From the NCBI GenBank assembly GCA_014730115.1, contig WJIU01000045.1:14085-78084 (forward strand): a stretch of DNA of 64,000 bases, given 5' to 3'. The notes beneath the pieces were generated by a model. It was given only the letters and a program-made list of their open reading frames with translations, was not told the origin of the DNA and did no database searches. Source of the DNA: Candidatus Micrarchaeota archaeon. GTDB taxonomy: Archaea; Micrarchaeota; Micrarchaeia; Anstonellales; Bilamarchaeaceae. How positions within the stretch are numbered: position 1 is the stretch's first letter; the number at the start of each line of letters is the position of its first letter. The position numbers and the translations under genes were made by a program. Shown in pieces: positions 19,721 to 29,260 of the stretch.

Positions 19721-19741
19721 AACCTGATGAAGTTTATAAGG

Positions 19742-20344
19742 CTACTGCATAATGCTGGAGAGAATCCGGTAGGCTGCCCCGGTATCAGCCTGCCGCACGA
19801 CCAAAAGCGTGTCAGTATAGCAAGAAATGAATTCAACCACATTAATCCCTTCGGATGCCAGGGACCCCAGGACATAGGATATTACCCCAGGCACTTCCTC
19901 CAGCTCTTCAGGGCTTTCTATGGTTATCAGATTCAGGTTTTCCTCTATCTTCCATATGGCTCTGCTTTTCGGTATTTTCTGCAGTTCCTTCTGCTCTATG
20001 ATATAGGTCATATGGCGGCCGGATTTGGCAAATGAGAGGGGCGTGAGCCCCTCCAGTTGCCCTGTTGAGATAACCACGGCCACCTTGCTCTTAATCAGCA
20101 TTGAACTGTTTTGCAGAAGCTCCAGAATCTTGCCTTCCAGGTCGGTTTCAATCCTTTCCATCTTCCTGGAAAGGCGTATCAGTGCCATCTTGACGGCGTT
20201 CTCATGCTCAAGATTCCCGAAAATCTCCAGGGAAATTTTTCTTGCAAGTGCAGAATAATTTACAATATTCTCGCGGAGCACTTCCTTGAGAAATGGCCTT
20301 TTCTTGACATAAAGCCAGACCATTTCCGAGATGTTTTGTTTCAT
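19742..20344 (-). CDS. ACT-domain regulatory protein (predicted amino-acid metabolism regulator)
   Basis: C-terminal ACT-like VPGVISYVLGSLASEGINVVEFISCYTDTLLVV and an N-terminal helical HTH-like part. Divergent from argG. Confidence 0.65.
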   Translation of the reverse strand: MKQNISEMVWLYVKKRPFLKEVLRENIVNYSALARKISLEIFGNLEHENAVKMALIRLSRKMERIETDLEGKILELLQNSSMLIKSKVAVVISTGQLEGLTPLSFAKSGRHMTYIIEQKELQKIPKSRAIWKIEENLNLITIESPEELEEVPGVISYVLGSLASEGINVVEFISCYTDTLLVVRQADTGAAYRILSSIMQ

Positions 20345-20436
20345 TTGCAACACTTGTGTAACAGAATGTAACATATCTCGCAAAACATTTATAAGCCTGA
20401 TTTGAAGCAGTAAATTCCAAACAAAGAGTGGTAATC

Positions 20437-21663
20437 ATGGAAAAAGTTGTATTGGCCTATTCAGGAGGGCTTGACACCTCCTGCATACTGAAATGGCTTG
20501 TGGAAAAGGGATATGATGTAATAGCATATATTGCGGACGTGGGCCAGAATGAGGATTTTCAGGCGGCAAAGGAAAAGGCCCTGGACATCGGCGCCTCAAA
20601 GGTATATATAGAGGACCTGAAAGGGGAGTTCGTAACGGATTTTATCTTCAAGGCAATTGAAGCCAACGCCATATACGAAAGCAGGTATCTGCTCGGAACC
20701 GCCCTGGCAAGGCCGCCTATTGCCAAAAGACAGATTGAAATTGCAGAAAAGGAAGGGGCAGGCTACGTAGCTCATGGGGCCACCGGAAAAGGTAATGACC
20801 AGGTGCGGTTTGAACTCACCTATTATGCGCTTAACCCTGGAATCAAAATAATATCACCGTGGAAGGACAAGGAATTTCTGGAACAGTTCAGTGGGCGTCC
20901 GGACCTTATCAATTATGCCAAAGAAAAGGGTATACCGGTGGATGCCACCCATGAGAAGCCATTCAGTACCGACGAAAATCTTATGCACATCAGCTATGAG
21001 TCAGGCATTCTTGAAAATCCTGCGGTCCAGCCAAACAGAGACATGTTCAAACTGACGGTTGACCCAAGGGATGCCCCTAACCGGGAAACTGAACTGGAAA
21101 TCCATTTCAGGGACGGGCTTCCGGTAAAGGTAGTCAACAAGGACGACGGAACAGAAAGGGAAGACCCCCTGGAGCTTTTTCAGTACCTGAATGAGCTTGG
21201 AGCCAAGAACGGCATCGGAAGAATAGACATCGTGGAGAACAGGTATGTGGGCATCAAGTCGCGGGGGGTTTACGAAACCCCCGGAGCCACCATTCTGCGG
21301 GAGGCCCATCTGGACATAGAATCAATAGCAATGGACAGGGAGGTCATGCGCCTGCGCGACATGCTTGCTCCCAAGTTTGCCGAGCTGGTATACTACGGCT
21401 TCTGGTTCAGCCCTGAGATGGAGTTTCTGACTGCCTCAATCGGCAAAAGCCAGGAGCTTATAGACGGGGTGGTGCATCTCTCCCTGTACAGGGGAAATGT
21501 AACGATAAAGGGGAGAGAATCGCCCAGCTCACTCTACAATAAAGAGCTTTCAAGCATGGACATTGAAGGCGGATTCAATCAGGAGGATTCGGAAGGCTTT
21601 ATAAAAATAAACGCGATTCGACTGATGGCCCACCGTGCAATCGTGGAAAAAAAGAGGCAGTAG
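20437..21663 (+). CDS. argG: argininosuccinate synthase
   Basis: AYSGGLDTS and [15 protein letters not shown]. Confidence 0.95.
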   Translation: MEKVVLAYSGGLDTSCILKWLVEKGYDVIAYIADVGQNEDFQAAKEKALDIGASKVYIEDLKGEFVTDFIFKAIEANAIYESRYLLGTALARPPIAKRQIEIAEKEGAGYVAHGATGKGNDQVRFELTYYALNPGIKIISPWKDKEFLEQFSGRPDLINYAKEKGIPVDATHEKPFSTDENLMHISYESGILENPAVQPNRDMFKLTVDPRDAPNRETELEIHFRDGLPVKVVNKDDGTEREDPLELFQYLNELGAKNGIGRIDIVENRYVGIKSRGVYETPGATILREAHLDIESIAMDREVMRLRDMLAPKFAELVYYGFWFSPEMEFLTASIGKSQELIDGVVHLSLYRGNVTIKGRESPSSLYNKELSSMDIEGGFNQEDSEGFIKINAIRLMAHRAIVEKKRQ

Positions 21664-22995
21664 ATGCTCTGGGGAGGAAGGTTTTCTAAAAGTCCCGACA
21701 GGGACATACTGGAATACAACAGCGCTGAGAATACGCGGCTGGACCTGAGGCTGGTGCCTTATGATATTGCAGGCAGCATCGCCCATGTCATGATGCTGGA
21801 GAAACAGGGCATCCTCCGGAAAAAAGAATCGTCAGAGATAACCAGGGCGCTAAAGGGCCTTTTCAATAAATGGAAAACGTCGGGCCTTGGCCTGGACCCT
21901 GAAATTGAGGATGTGCACACTTACATAGAAAGGGCTGTGAGCAGGAAAACAGAACACGGCAAAAAGATGCATACCGCACGCTCCCGGAACGACCAGGTTC
22001 TTGCAGACATGAGAATGTATATGCGGGACATGGTGCTGGAACTCAACAAAAAGCTGTTTTCACTTCAGAAAAGTTTTGAATGCCTTTCCAAAAAAGACGG
22101 GCCGATGGCCGGTTATACCCACACCAGGGTGGCACAGCCGCTTACAGTCAGCTTCTGGTGCGACTCTTATGTCCAGGGCCTGAAAAGGGATGCGCAAAGG
22201 CTTGAGGACTGTTACAGGCGAATCAACAGCAATCCCCTGGGAGCCTGTGCCCTTGCCGGAACTCCGTGGGGCATTGACCGCAGACACACCGCCAGGCTGC
22301 TTGGCTTCAGCAATGTTCAGGAAAACGAGCTTGATGCCATCAGCTCGCGGGGAGAGGCCGAAGCCGAGCTCCTTTCCGCGCTTGGCATAACAATGGCAAG
22401 GCTTTCCGGACTTGCCGAGGAGCTTATCTGGCTGTCCCAGAAAAATCTTCTGGAGATTCCGGAGGAATACTGTACAGGAAGCAGCATCATGCCAAACAAA
22501 AAGAATCCCGATGCCCTGGAGCTGGTCCGGGGCCGCACCTCGCGCGTGCACAGCTGCCTGTTTCATGCCCTCTCTGTTAAAAAAGGGCTCATTCCCGGCT
22601 ACCATTCTGATTTGCAGGAAACCAAGCCTGCGGTAATGAGCGGCACGGAAACAACGCTGGCCAGCATCTCTGTAATGACGAAGATGGTAAAGAAACTGAA
22701 ATTCAACAAAAAGAATATTGAAAACGAGCTGGAGCAGGGCTTTGCCCGGGCGACAGAAATAGCTGATACACTTGCCATGCAGGGGATGCCCTTCAGGGAA
22801 GCGCATCGTAAAGCAGGGATGATAGTAAGGGAATGCGAAGAAAAGGGAATTGTACTTTCCCAGCACCCTGGGGCCAAAGAAATGGCATCCCCGGAAAGAA
22901 AACGGCTGAAAAGAACTGTCAAGGCTGAGAAGAACGGTTACCTGTCCTCAGAAGAAAAGAGGATAACGGAAGTTTACTCTAAACTTCTTCGTTGA
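21664..22995 (+). CDS. argH: argininosuccinate lyase
   Basis: GSSIMPNKKNPD fumarate-lyase signature. The ATG directly follows the argG stop. Confidence 0.95.
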   Translation: MLWGGRFSKSPDRDILEYNSAENTRLDLRLVPYDIAGSIAHVMMLEKQGILRKKESSEITRALKGLFNKWKTSGLGLDPEIEDVHTYIERAVSRKTEHGKKMHTARSRNDQVLADMRMYMRDMVLELNKKLFSLQKSFECLSKKDGPMAGYTHTRVAQPLTVSFWCDSYVQGLKRDAQRLEDCYRRINSNPLGACALAGTPWGIDRRHTARLLGFSNVQENELDAISSRGEAEAELLSALGITMARLSGLAEELIWLSQKNLLEIPEEYCTGSSIMPNKKNPDALELVRGRTSRVHSCLFHALSVKKGLIPGYHSDLQETKPAVMSGTETTLASISVMTKMVKKLKFNKKNIENELEQGFARATEIADTLAMQGMPFREAHRKAGMIVRECEEKGIVLSQHPGAKEMASPERKRLKRTVKAEKNGYLSSEEKRITEVYSKLLR

Positions 22996-23626
22996 TGCTT
23001 TTTTTGAACAGCATGAAGAGTACCCCCACTGAAGCCATTCCCAGAAGCAGTATGGCCCATGAAAGGTTTCCGAGCACAGACTGGTGGGATGCAGGAGCTG
23101 CCACCGGAATATCCTCGCCGGTTACAACATCATTTTCCTCCACCACTGGCGGGGCATATTCCTCAGGCTCTGGCTGCGGCTCAGCTGTTTCTTCCTCCTC
23201 TGCAGCATATTCAGGAATCTGTTCTGTCTGGTTCTCCTGTTCGGCCTCCTCCTGAACTTCTTCCTGCCCGGGGAATTCCCGGGGGGGTGTTTCACCGCAT
23301 ACAGATTCCTGCGGACAGAAGTTGGGGATCATCATCTGAAGGCACTGGGCTCCCATTTCAGGGGGAGCAACATCGGGACAGTGCACCAAGCTTCCGTCCG
23401 GCCTGTAGAATGTGCTTCCTTCGCCGGACACAGCAGAATCAGCCCTTACCACATTTCCATTGCAGATGTATACGGCAGACACGTTTTCTTCCTGGCACAA
23501 TGCCTGGGAGGTGTCTTCTGCGAACTGCAGTCCGTTGTCGCCGGATTCAATCACAGCGGCACAGCTGACAGAAAATGCAAGCAATATCGCAAGAAAGACA
23601 CTAAAAGGCCCAATTCTCATGTACAC
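22979..23626 (-). CDS. secreted acidic protein with C-terminal TM anchor
   Basis: Signal-like FSVFLAILLAFSVSCAA, a Cys-containing domain, a Glu/Pro-rich linker, and the TM WAILLLGMASVGVLFMLF. Confidence 0.6.
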   Translation of the reverse strand: MYMRIGPFSVFLAILLAFSVSCAAVIESGDNGLQFAEDTSQALCQEENVSAVYICNGNVVRADSAVSGEGSTFYRPDGSLVHCPDVAPPEMGAQCLQMMIPNFCPQESVCGETPPREFPGQEEVQEEAEQENQTEQIPEYAAEEEETAEPQPEPEEYAPPVVEENDVVTGEDIPVAAPASHQSVLGNLSWAILLLGMASVGVLFMLFKKSINEEV

Positions 23627-23677
23627 ACCTATACAAATTATGAAACAAATAGATTATAAAGGTTAGCCTGAAACCCT

Positions 23678-24853
23678 TCAGGGCTGAACCCATTCGATTT
23701 CATAGTATTCATATTCGCTCCCGGGAAGTTCAATGGCCTTTATCACATAATAGGTGACGCTGCTCTCCCTGTCACTGATGCCTACAACCATTTCCAGTCC
23801 GAAGTGCTCGCATTCCGCGAGGGCTTTTGCCAGCTCCTCTCCGCCAATATATTCATCCTCGGTAAGGGAGTACATAAAATACCTGGGGGTTCCGTCTTTG
23901 GGAGTCTCTACCCCCCCCTTTTTCCGGTGATAGAGCAGAAAATCAAGGCGGGGGTTTTCAGAATCCACCTTTATCTTGGTTTTTTTGCCCGGGATTGCCA
24001 GGATAAATGTCTTTCTCACACTGTGGGCAACCCTTATGGCCCTTGCCCATTCTGAAATCAGCTGCTTGTGCTTGCGGGGAAACACATGGATTACGTGCTT
24101 GGAATGCATCCAGTCGGTGTTAGTACGCACCGGTGATGCTCCCGGGAAATAAAGCCGGAAATGGGTCCCGAATTTGAATCCGGTCTTCATCACATACCCC
24201 CTTTTTCTCCAGTCTTCATACACTGAATAGATGTCGTCAAAGAACTTTATCCTGCCCCTGGCAGTTTTCTGGATATCGGCAAGCTTTTTGTTGCGAAGTT
24301 GCAGACCGCCATGGCGCAGAAGAAAGATTGTCTCAAAGATGTCAAGCTTGGATATGTTTCCCCTGTGGGCAGCCTTGTAGGTTCCGAACTGGCCCATCCA
24401 GTATTTCTGATAAAGGTCCTTTCCGGTAGGGACATCATCGACAACTGTAAGCAGGTCATCCGCGAAAAACAGCCCGTCGAAAGAATAGGCATCCATCCTG
24501 AAATCAGAGCTTTCGTATTTGATTAGCACTGTTTTCCCATAATTGCCCTCCGCCTTTGCGGCGGCGCATATCATCAGGCCCTTGTCCCTCCAGTCCTTGT
24601 ACGTCAGATAGCGCGCAAGCAGCTTCTCGGCCTTCAGGAACAATGCTGCAATATCGTTGAAGGTATAGAGATTGCCCGCCTCATCGTAGCACCTGCCGTT
24701 CCTGATATCCATGATGTAAAGCGCTTCAACAGGTGAAAGATAGATTATCCCCTTTTTCATCTCTCCAAAAAATCCGTTTTGCAGGGACGAAACGTCTGGA
24801 GGCTCTTTTGCCGTTATCTGTCTGGTTTTCCGGTTCAGCTCAAGTTTTATCAT
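23678..24853 (-). CDS. endA: tRNA-splicing endonuclease, long single-chain multi-unit form
   Basis: 391 aa from MIKLELNRK. The catalytic unit reads YEDWRKRGYVMKTGFKFGTHFRLY .. HSKHVIHV .. SVRK (Tyr/His/Lys). A degenerate upstream unit reads YLTYKDWRDKGLMI. An extra C-terminal unit reads YFMYSL..FGLEMVVGISD. Confidence 0.85.
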   Translation of the reverse strand: MIKLELNRKTRQITAKEPPDVSSLQNGFFGEMKKGIIYLSPVEALYIMDIRNGRCYDEAGNLYTFNDIAALFLKAEKLLARYLTYKDWRDKGLMICAAAKAEGNYGKTVLIKYESSDFRMDAYSFDGLFFADDLLTVVDDVPTGKDLYQKYWMGQFGTYKAAHRGNISKLDIFETIFLLRHGGLQLRNKKLADIQKTARGRIKFFDDIYSVYEDWRKRGYVMKTGFKFGTHFRLYFPGASPVRTNTDWMHSKHVIHVFPRKHKQLISEWARAIRVAHSVRKTFILAIPGKKTKIKVDSENPRLDFLLYHRKKGGVETPKDGTPRYFMYSLTEDEYIGGEELAKALAECEHFGLEMVVGISDRESSVTYYVIKAIELPGSEYEYYEIEWVQP

Positions 24854-24930
24854 AAATACACCTCGAGCGGAAATTCCGAACACTGTAGAAATTCCGTAAA
24901 TGTATATTGAATGAAACCATCTAAATCCTT

Positions 24931-25569
24931 TCACCCAAAGAACCGGAGAATTCTGCTGTCCCTGAAGTCCCTTATTTCCAAGTCGCACTCCGGCCTTTCC
25001 AGCGATTCATGGGGCCTTACCCACACAAGCTTCATTCCGGCCTTTCTTGCAGCCTCGCATCCTGCATAGGAATCCTCGATTACCAGGCAGCCCCCCGGTT
25101 TCACCCCCAGGCTTTCCGCTGCAATCAGGAAAGGGCCGGGGTCGGGCTTCCTGGCACTGCTGTCATCGGCGCTGATAATGAAATCAAAGCTTTCCTCCAG
25201 GCCCAGCATATCAAGCAGCTCCGTTATGTAGCTGCGGTGCCCTCCTGAAACCACTGCGGTCTTCACCCCGCGGGACTCAAGAAAGGAAAGAAAGTCCTTC
25301 AGCCCGGGAGTCTCCTTCAGCTTGTTGCTTTTCACCTTTTCCATGAAGAGTTTTCTTCTTTTCTCCACAAGCTCATTCACGTCTGCATCAATATCGTATT
25401 CTTCCAACAGTGCACGGAATATCCTTCCTGAGCCTGTCCCGGCAAACTCGTAGTACCAGCGGTCCCTGATTTCCACCTGCTGGGGAAGCAGCTCCAGGAA
25501 AGATTCCTTGTGCAGCTCCTCGGTCTGCACAACAACACCGTCAAAATCAAAAAGCACAGCCTGAACCAT
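24931..25569 (-). CDS. HAD-superfamily phosphatase (beta-phosphoglucomutase-like)
   Basis: FDFDGVVV (motif I), VVSGG, and K...EDSYAG (motifs III/IV). Confidence 0.85.
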   Translation of the reverse strand: MVQAVLFDFDGVVVQTEELHKESFLELLPQQVEIRDRWYYEFAGTGSGRIFRALLEEYDIDADVNELVEKRRKLFMEKVKSNKLKETPGLKDFLSFLESRGVKTAVVSGGHRSYITELLDMLGLEESFDFIISADDSSARKPDPGPFLIAAESLGVKPGGCLVIEDSYAGCEAARKAGMKLVWVRPHESLERPECDLEIRDFRDSRILRFFG

Positions 25570-25622
25570 CAGACGGTTATCATAAAGCAACTTTTATATA
25601 ATGAACCTCCAAAAAACCATCC

Positions 25623-26351
25623 ATGGACCGTTTACTTATCGCCCTCGTGGCACTGTCTTTGGTATTTTCAGGATGCTTTCTCCTGGAAGAAGAGGAGGAA
25701 GAGAACGTCACCGAGAACGTCACTCCGCCTCCGCCTCCTCCGCCGCCCAATCCGGGCATTGCAATAACAAGCCCCACTGAGGGGGAAACCATTTTGATGG
25801 AAGGGGAAACTTCAGACGTCACCCTTGTACTAAGCTCCCAGAACCTTGTTCTGATGCCTCCCGGAGGCACAAAACAGACAGGAGAAGGGCATTTCAGGCT
25901 GACCCTTGACGGCACTGTAATGGGCACATTTGCAAGCAAAATACACGTGATTGAAGGCTTGGGGCCCGGAAGCCATACCCTGGAGGTGGAGCTGTTGCAC
26001 AACGACGGCACCTCCTATATGCCAAGGATAGCAAAACAGGTTACTTTCACCCTGGAGCAGCAGGAGCCTGAAGAATACGAGCCCCAGGAATACAACGTCA
26101 TAATGAAGGACTTTGAATACGAGCCTGCTTCCCTTACAGTAAAGCAGACTGATTCGGTTACATGGGTCAACGAAGGCAACTTCCCCCGGTCTGCCACCTG
26201 CTTCAAGGACGGGGCAGAGGTGTTCAACACCGGCGTTCTTGGCCCGGGCCAGAGCAGAACACTTGCCTTCAACGATGTTCTGGAGTGCGAGTATTACTCA
26301 ACAACCCACCCGCCGATGAAAGGAACCCTGACCGTTGAGAGCAACGAGTAA
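25623..26351 (+). CDS. lipoprotein-like secreted protein: DUF4399-like domain plus cupredoxin-like domain lacking canonical Cu ligands
   Basis: Lipobox-like LVFSGC, poly-Glu and poly-Pro linkers, and GEGHFRLTLDG. The C-terminal plastocyanin-like VTWVNEG...CEYYSTTHPPMKGTL has Ser where the ligand Cys is expected. Confidence 0.65.
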   Translation: MDRLLIALVALSLVFSGCFLLEEEEEENVTENVTPPPPPPPPNPGIAITSPTEGETILMEGETSDVTLVLSSQNLVLMPPGGTKQTGEGHFRLTLDGTVMGTFASKIHVIEGLGPGSHTLEVELLHNDGTSYMPRIAKQVTFTLEQQEPEEYEPQEYNVIMKDFEYEPASLTVKQTDSVTWVNEGNFPRSATCFKDGAEVFNTGVLGPGQSRTLAFNDVLECEYYSTTHPPMKGTLTVESNE

Positions 26352-26355
26352 TTTT

Positions 26356-26988
26356 TTATTCTTCAAATAATTTTCTTTGTTTCACAGTGTCCAGGGTCTT
26401 CCATCTGGTGCGTACAAAAGGCTTTAATTTTGCGTAGCTCTCCCTGTCCTTGAGGGCCGCTATTGTCTTGCGGTCGCAGGGATAGCCGCTCCCGAAATCC
26501 AGTGTGGCCTCTCTAATTCTGGCAATCTTGTCATCGCGGACAACTTTGGCGCATATGGAAGCGGCAGCCACAATCGGGTATTTCTCATCTGCCTTGTGCT
26601 CTGCCTCAAAGCGTTTTATGCCGAACTTTTCCATCCGCTTTCTGAAAACCCAGGAATACCGGTCCGGCATGTCTATCATGACGTCGGCATTCTCAAGCTT
26701 TTTGAGCAGGTCGGCGATAAACATGGCCTCAATGTCGTTGAGCGACATCTCCCCCATAAGGCGGTTAATGTCTGCCGCGCTTATCTCCACAAAGCGGAAG
26801 TTGCATATTTCCTTCAGCTTTTCGTAAATCTTCCTTCTCTGGGAATCAGAAAATCCCTTTGAATCCCTGAAGGCGATTTTCCCCAGCTGTTTTTCCTTGT
26901 TTCTTTTACAAAAAGCGCAGCATATAACAAGCGGGCCGAGAACAGGGCCTCTTCCGGCCTCGTCAATCCCGGCAATGTAAGAAAACAT
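26356..26988 (-). CDS. rnhB: ribonuclease HII
   Basis: GIDEAGRGPVLGPLV at the N-terminus after trimming to MFSYIAG. Confidence 0.9.
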   Translation of the reverse strand: MFSYIAGIDEAGRGPVLGPLVICCAFCKRNKEKQLGKIAFRDSKGFSDSQRRKIYEKLKEICNFRFVEISAADINRLMGEMSLNDIEAMFIADLLKKLENADVMIDMPDRYSWVFRKRMEKFGIKRFEAEHKADEKYPIVAAASICAKVVRDDKIARIREATLDFGSGYPCDRKTIAALKDRESYAKLKPFVRTRWKTLDTVKQRKLFEE

Positions 26989-26993
26989 AAGAA

Positions 26994-27251
26994 TTAGTAG
27001 GACATGTTTCTTTTTTCGAGGATGATATAATCTCCGACGGCAAGCACGCTTTCGTAAGGAACGTGGCACATACCATCCTCTTTTCTCAGGTTATTTGCAA
27101 GGCTGTTGTCCGGGTTGGGCTCTGCAACCAGGTATTCCACTCTGCCACTCACTTCATTGACACTGATATCAACAAGCCGTCCAAAGTCTTCGCCGTCATT
27201 GGTTACCAATTTTCTTCCGGAAAGTTGCCTTGCAATTAGATACTTGCTCAT
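26994..27251 (-). CDS. PRC-barrel domain protein
   Basis: 85 aa. GRKLVTNDGEDFGRLVDISVNEVSGRVEYLV is typical of archaeal PRC-barrel proteins. Lies 5 nt upstream of rnhB. Confidence 0.65.
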   Translation of the reverse strand: MSKYLIARQLSGRKLVTNDGEDFGRLVDISVNEVSGRVEYLVAEPNPDNSLANNLRKEDGMCHVPYESVLAVGDYIILEKRNMSY

Positions 27252-27323
27252 TAAACCACCTTGAATATCTTCAGTAAGTGAGGATTTGCAGTTTAGGTTT
27301 ATAAAGATTCCTACCTCGGAGAA

Positions 27324-28760
27324 TCAAGATTTAAAATCAAGTGTCCGGAGGCGGCCGTATTTCATTTCATAAACCGGCACCATGGCCGGGGTGGGCACAT
27401 GGCCCTGCTTTACCTGGAAATCGGTCTGGTCCTGAAAAGTACCAGAATTTATAACAAGTGTCCCCCGGTACTGGGTATAGCCGTTTTTGTGCACATGGCC
27501 GGTATGAAAGATATCAGGCGGCTCCTCCACCACCATATAGTCAATATTTTCAGGGATAATGAGGTTTCCGCCGTAAATAGGGGAAAGGTGCCTTCTTTTC
27601 AGGTATTCCACCATTACTTTCTCCGGATGCATGTAGGAAAGGTTGGGAATGCTGGATATCATTGAATCTATGGACGTGCCATGGTAGATAAGATGCTTTA
27701 TTCCTTCAAGTGAGAAGCTGGACGGATTGCCCAAGGACGTTACATCAGCAGAGATAAGGTCTTTTCCAAGGGCAGGCTGTGGCTCGCCGCGCCGGACGGC
27801 ATCATGGTTTCCAGGGGTAACTATAACCTCTATATAGTCCGGAAGGCTTTCCACAAAATCATCAAACATTTTGTACTGTCCGTATATGTTTTTTATCAGC
27901 AGGTCCTTTTCCTGGTTGGGATAAATGCCGATGCCGTCCACAACATCCCCTGCTATTGAGATGTATTTTACCTTTCCGGCCAGCTCCTTGGCAGCGCCCT
28001 TGCCGTGGAGCCAGTCGGTGAATGCTTTCAGATACTGGCCCAGGAACTGCTTGCTTCCAAAGTGTATATCAGAAAGATAGACGGTCGCGAGGTCATTCTC
28101 GGACAGCTTTTTCTCCCTTATGACCGGAAGCTCCGGCCATTCAATGTCCTCTGCAATAATGTAGGGCTCCAGAACTTTGCCGGTGATTGCAATCACATCG
28201 TCAAGTATAATCCCCTTTGCCTTGTCCATGATTTTTTCGTTGTACTTGGAAAAAGAAACCACGACCTTGAACGTTCCGGTCATGTCCTCCACTTCCAGCA
28301 GCAGATTGCCCTTTTTTGTTTCTCTCTTGGAAAGAACCAGCACTATTATCCTGACTTTTTCGTTGAGGTGTCTCTTAACATCGGCAAGGCTGACGGAGGG
28401 AGTCTGGCCACTTCTCTTAAGCAGCCTGCCAAGCCTCTCGAACCTGTTCCGGAAATGGCTGACAAAATTATCCACCCCTCCCTTGGTCCTTGACTTGCCG
28501 GTAACGTCAAAAGTATGGTTGACCTTTATCTCAGCATCAAATTCCCGGGCAACCGGCCGGAATCCGGGGGTTCTTTCCACCTCAACCCCGGGTTTTTCAA
28601 TAAGGGGTTCAATGTCCTCTCTGGAAACCAGCGGCTTTTCAAGCTCTACTATCTTCTTCAGCAGCTCGTCGGAGTGGTTGGATTTAAGAAAATCCTCTGC
28701 ATCAACCGTAAGTCTTATTCCTTTTTCATTGAGCGCGTCAATCATTCTGACCCTGCTCAT
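27324..28760 (-). CDS. DNA polymerase II (PolD) small subunit DP1
   Basis: Calcineurin-like phosphoesterase motifs (LSDIHFGS, GDVVDG, PGNHD, TGHVH) after an OB-fold-like region. 478 aa. Confidence 0.9.
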   Translation of the reverse strand: MSRVRMIDALNEKGIRLTVDAEDFLKSNHSDELLKKIVELEKPLVSREDIEPLIEKPGVEVERTPGFRPVAREFDAEIKVNHTFDVTGKSRTKGGVDNFVSHFRNRFERLGRLLKRSGQTPSVSLADVKRHLNEKVRIIVLVLSKRETKKGNLLLEVEDMTGTFKVVVSFSKYNEKIMDKAKGIILDDVIAITGKVLEPYIIAEDIEWPELPVIREKKLSENDLATVYLSDIHFGSKQFLGQYLKAFTDWLHGKGAAKELAGKVKYISIAGDVVDGIGIYPNQEKDLLIKNIYGQYKMFDDFVESLPDYIEVIVTPGNHDAVRRGEPQPALGKDLISADVTSLGNPSSFSLEGIKHLIYHGTSIDSMISSIPNLSYMHPEKVMVEYLKRRHLSPIYGGNLIIPENIDYMVVEEPPDIFHTGHVHKNGYTQYRGTLVINSGTFQDQTDFQVKQGHVPTPAMVPVYEMKYGRLRTLDFKS

Positions 28761-29001
28761 TCAGTGATTCCAGGGCACTGATTATTGCCCAGACCTGGGT
28801 CCGGGCATGAGACGGCATATTAATGTCTTCAGTAATAGACTCTATGATGTAGATTGCAGCACTTATTTTCACACTGTCCTCGTCCTCTCCATCAAGGCGC
28901 TCTTTCGCCTCTGCAAGAGCCCGCCTGATGTTTTTTGGAATAGTGGTATCATCAAGCAAATCACCGACCATGGCGCTGATTTCCGGTATCTTCATGCTCA
29001 T
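28738..29001 (-). CDS. UPF0147-family small protein
   Basis: LLDDTTIPKNIRRALAEAKERL ... MPSHARTQVWAIISALE matches the conserved archaeal UPF0147 pattern. Confidence 0.75.
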   Translation of the reverse strand: MSMKIPEISAMVGDLLDDTTIPKNIRRALAEAKERLDGEDEDSVKISAAIYIIESITEDINMPSHARTQVWAIISALESLNEQGQND

Positions 29002-29080
29002 AATATCACCTGGACCTCTGATTCTTGAGAATTGGGTAGGTTAAATCTAATGGAAAAGAAATTTAAAGGAGTATTTTCAT

Positions 29081-29199
29081 CGGGCCCGGGGGGATTTGAA
29101 CCCCCGACCCTCAGCTTAGAAGGCTGCTGCGCTATCCATTGCAGGAGCATCCGGCTGCCAACAGGTCAAGCCAAAAGGCTCAGGCTGCGCCACGGGCCC
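29081..29199 (-). tRNA. tRNA-Arg(UCU) with a 44-nt intron in the D-loop
   Basis: Acceptor GGGCCCG/CGGGCCC plus G73. D-stem GCGC/GCGC encloses 54 nt (AGCCTG|AGCCTTTTGG...CTGCAATG|GATA). Intact anticodon arm GCAGC-CTTCTAA-GCTGA. T-arm GGGGG-TTCAAAT-CCCCC. Intron is about 29137-29180. Confidence 0.8.
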
Positions 29200-29205
29200 G
29201 AAAAG

Positions 29206-29222
29206 TTGATATCTGATATCAA
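29206..29222. repeat. perfect 8+1+8 palindrome TTGATATC-T-GATATCAA just upstream of tRNA-Arg(UCU)
   Basis: Read directly. Lies 7-23 nt upstream of the tRNA 5' end, so it may overlap the promoter. Confidence 0.6.
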
Positions 29223-29260
29223 AGGAAAAGTTTAAGGGAGGATGGGAAATGCGGGGAAAA

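Noticed and set aside
19215-19727. 170-aa plus-strand ORF starting inside tRNA-Arg(CCU).
   Set aside because: It begins within the tRNA gene and runs antisense to a convincing membrane-protein ORF (19310..19720). Its composition is non-protein-like.
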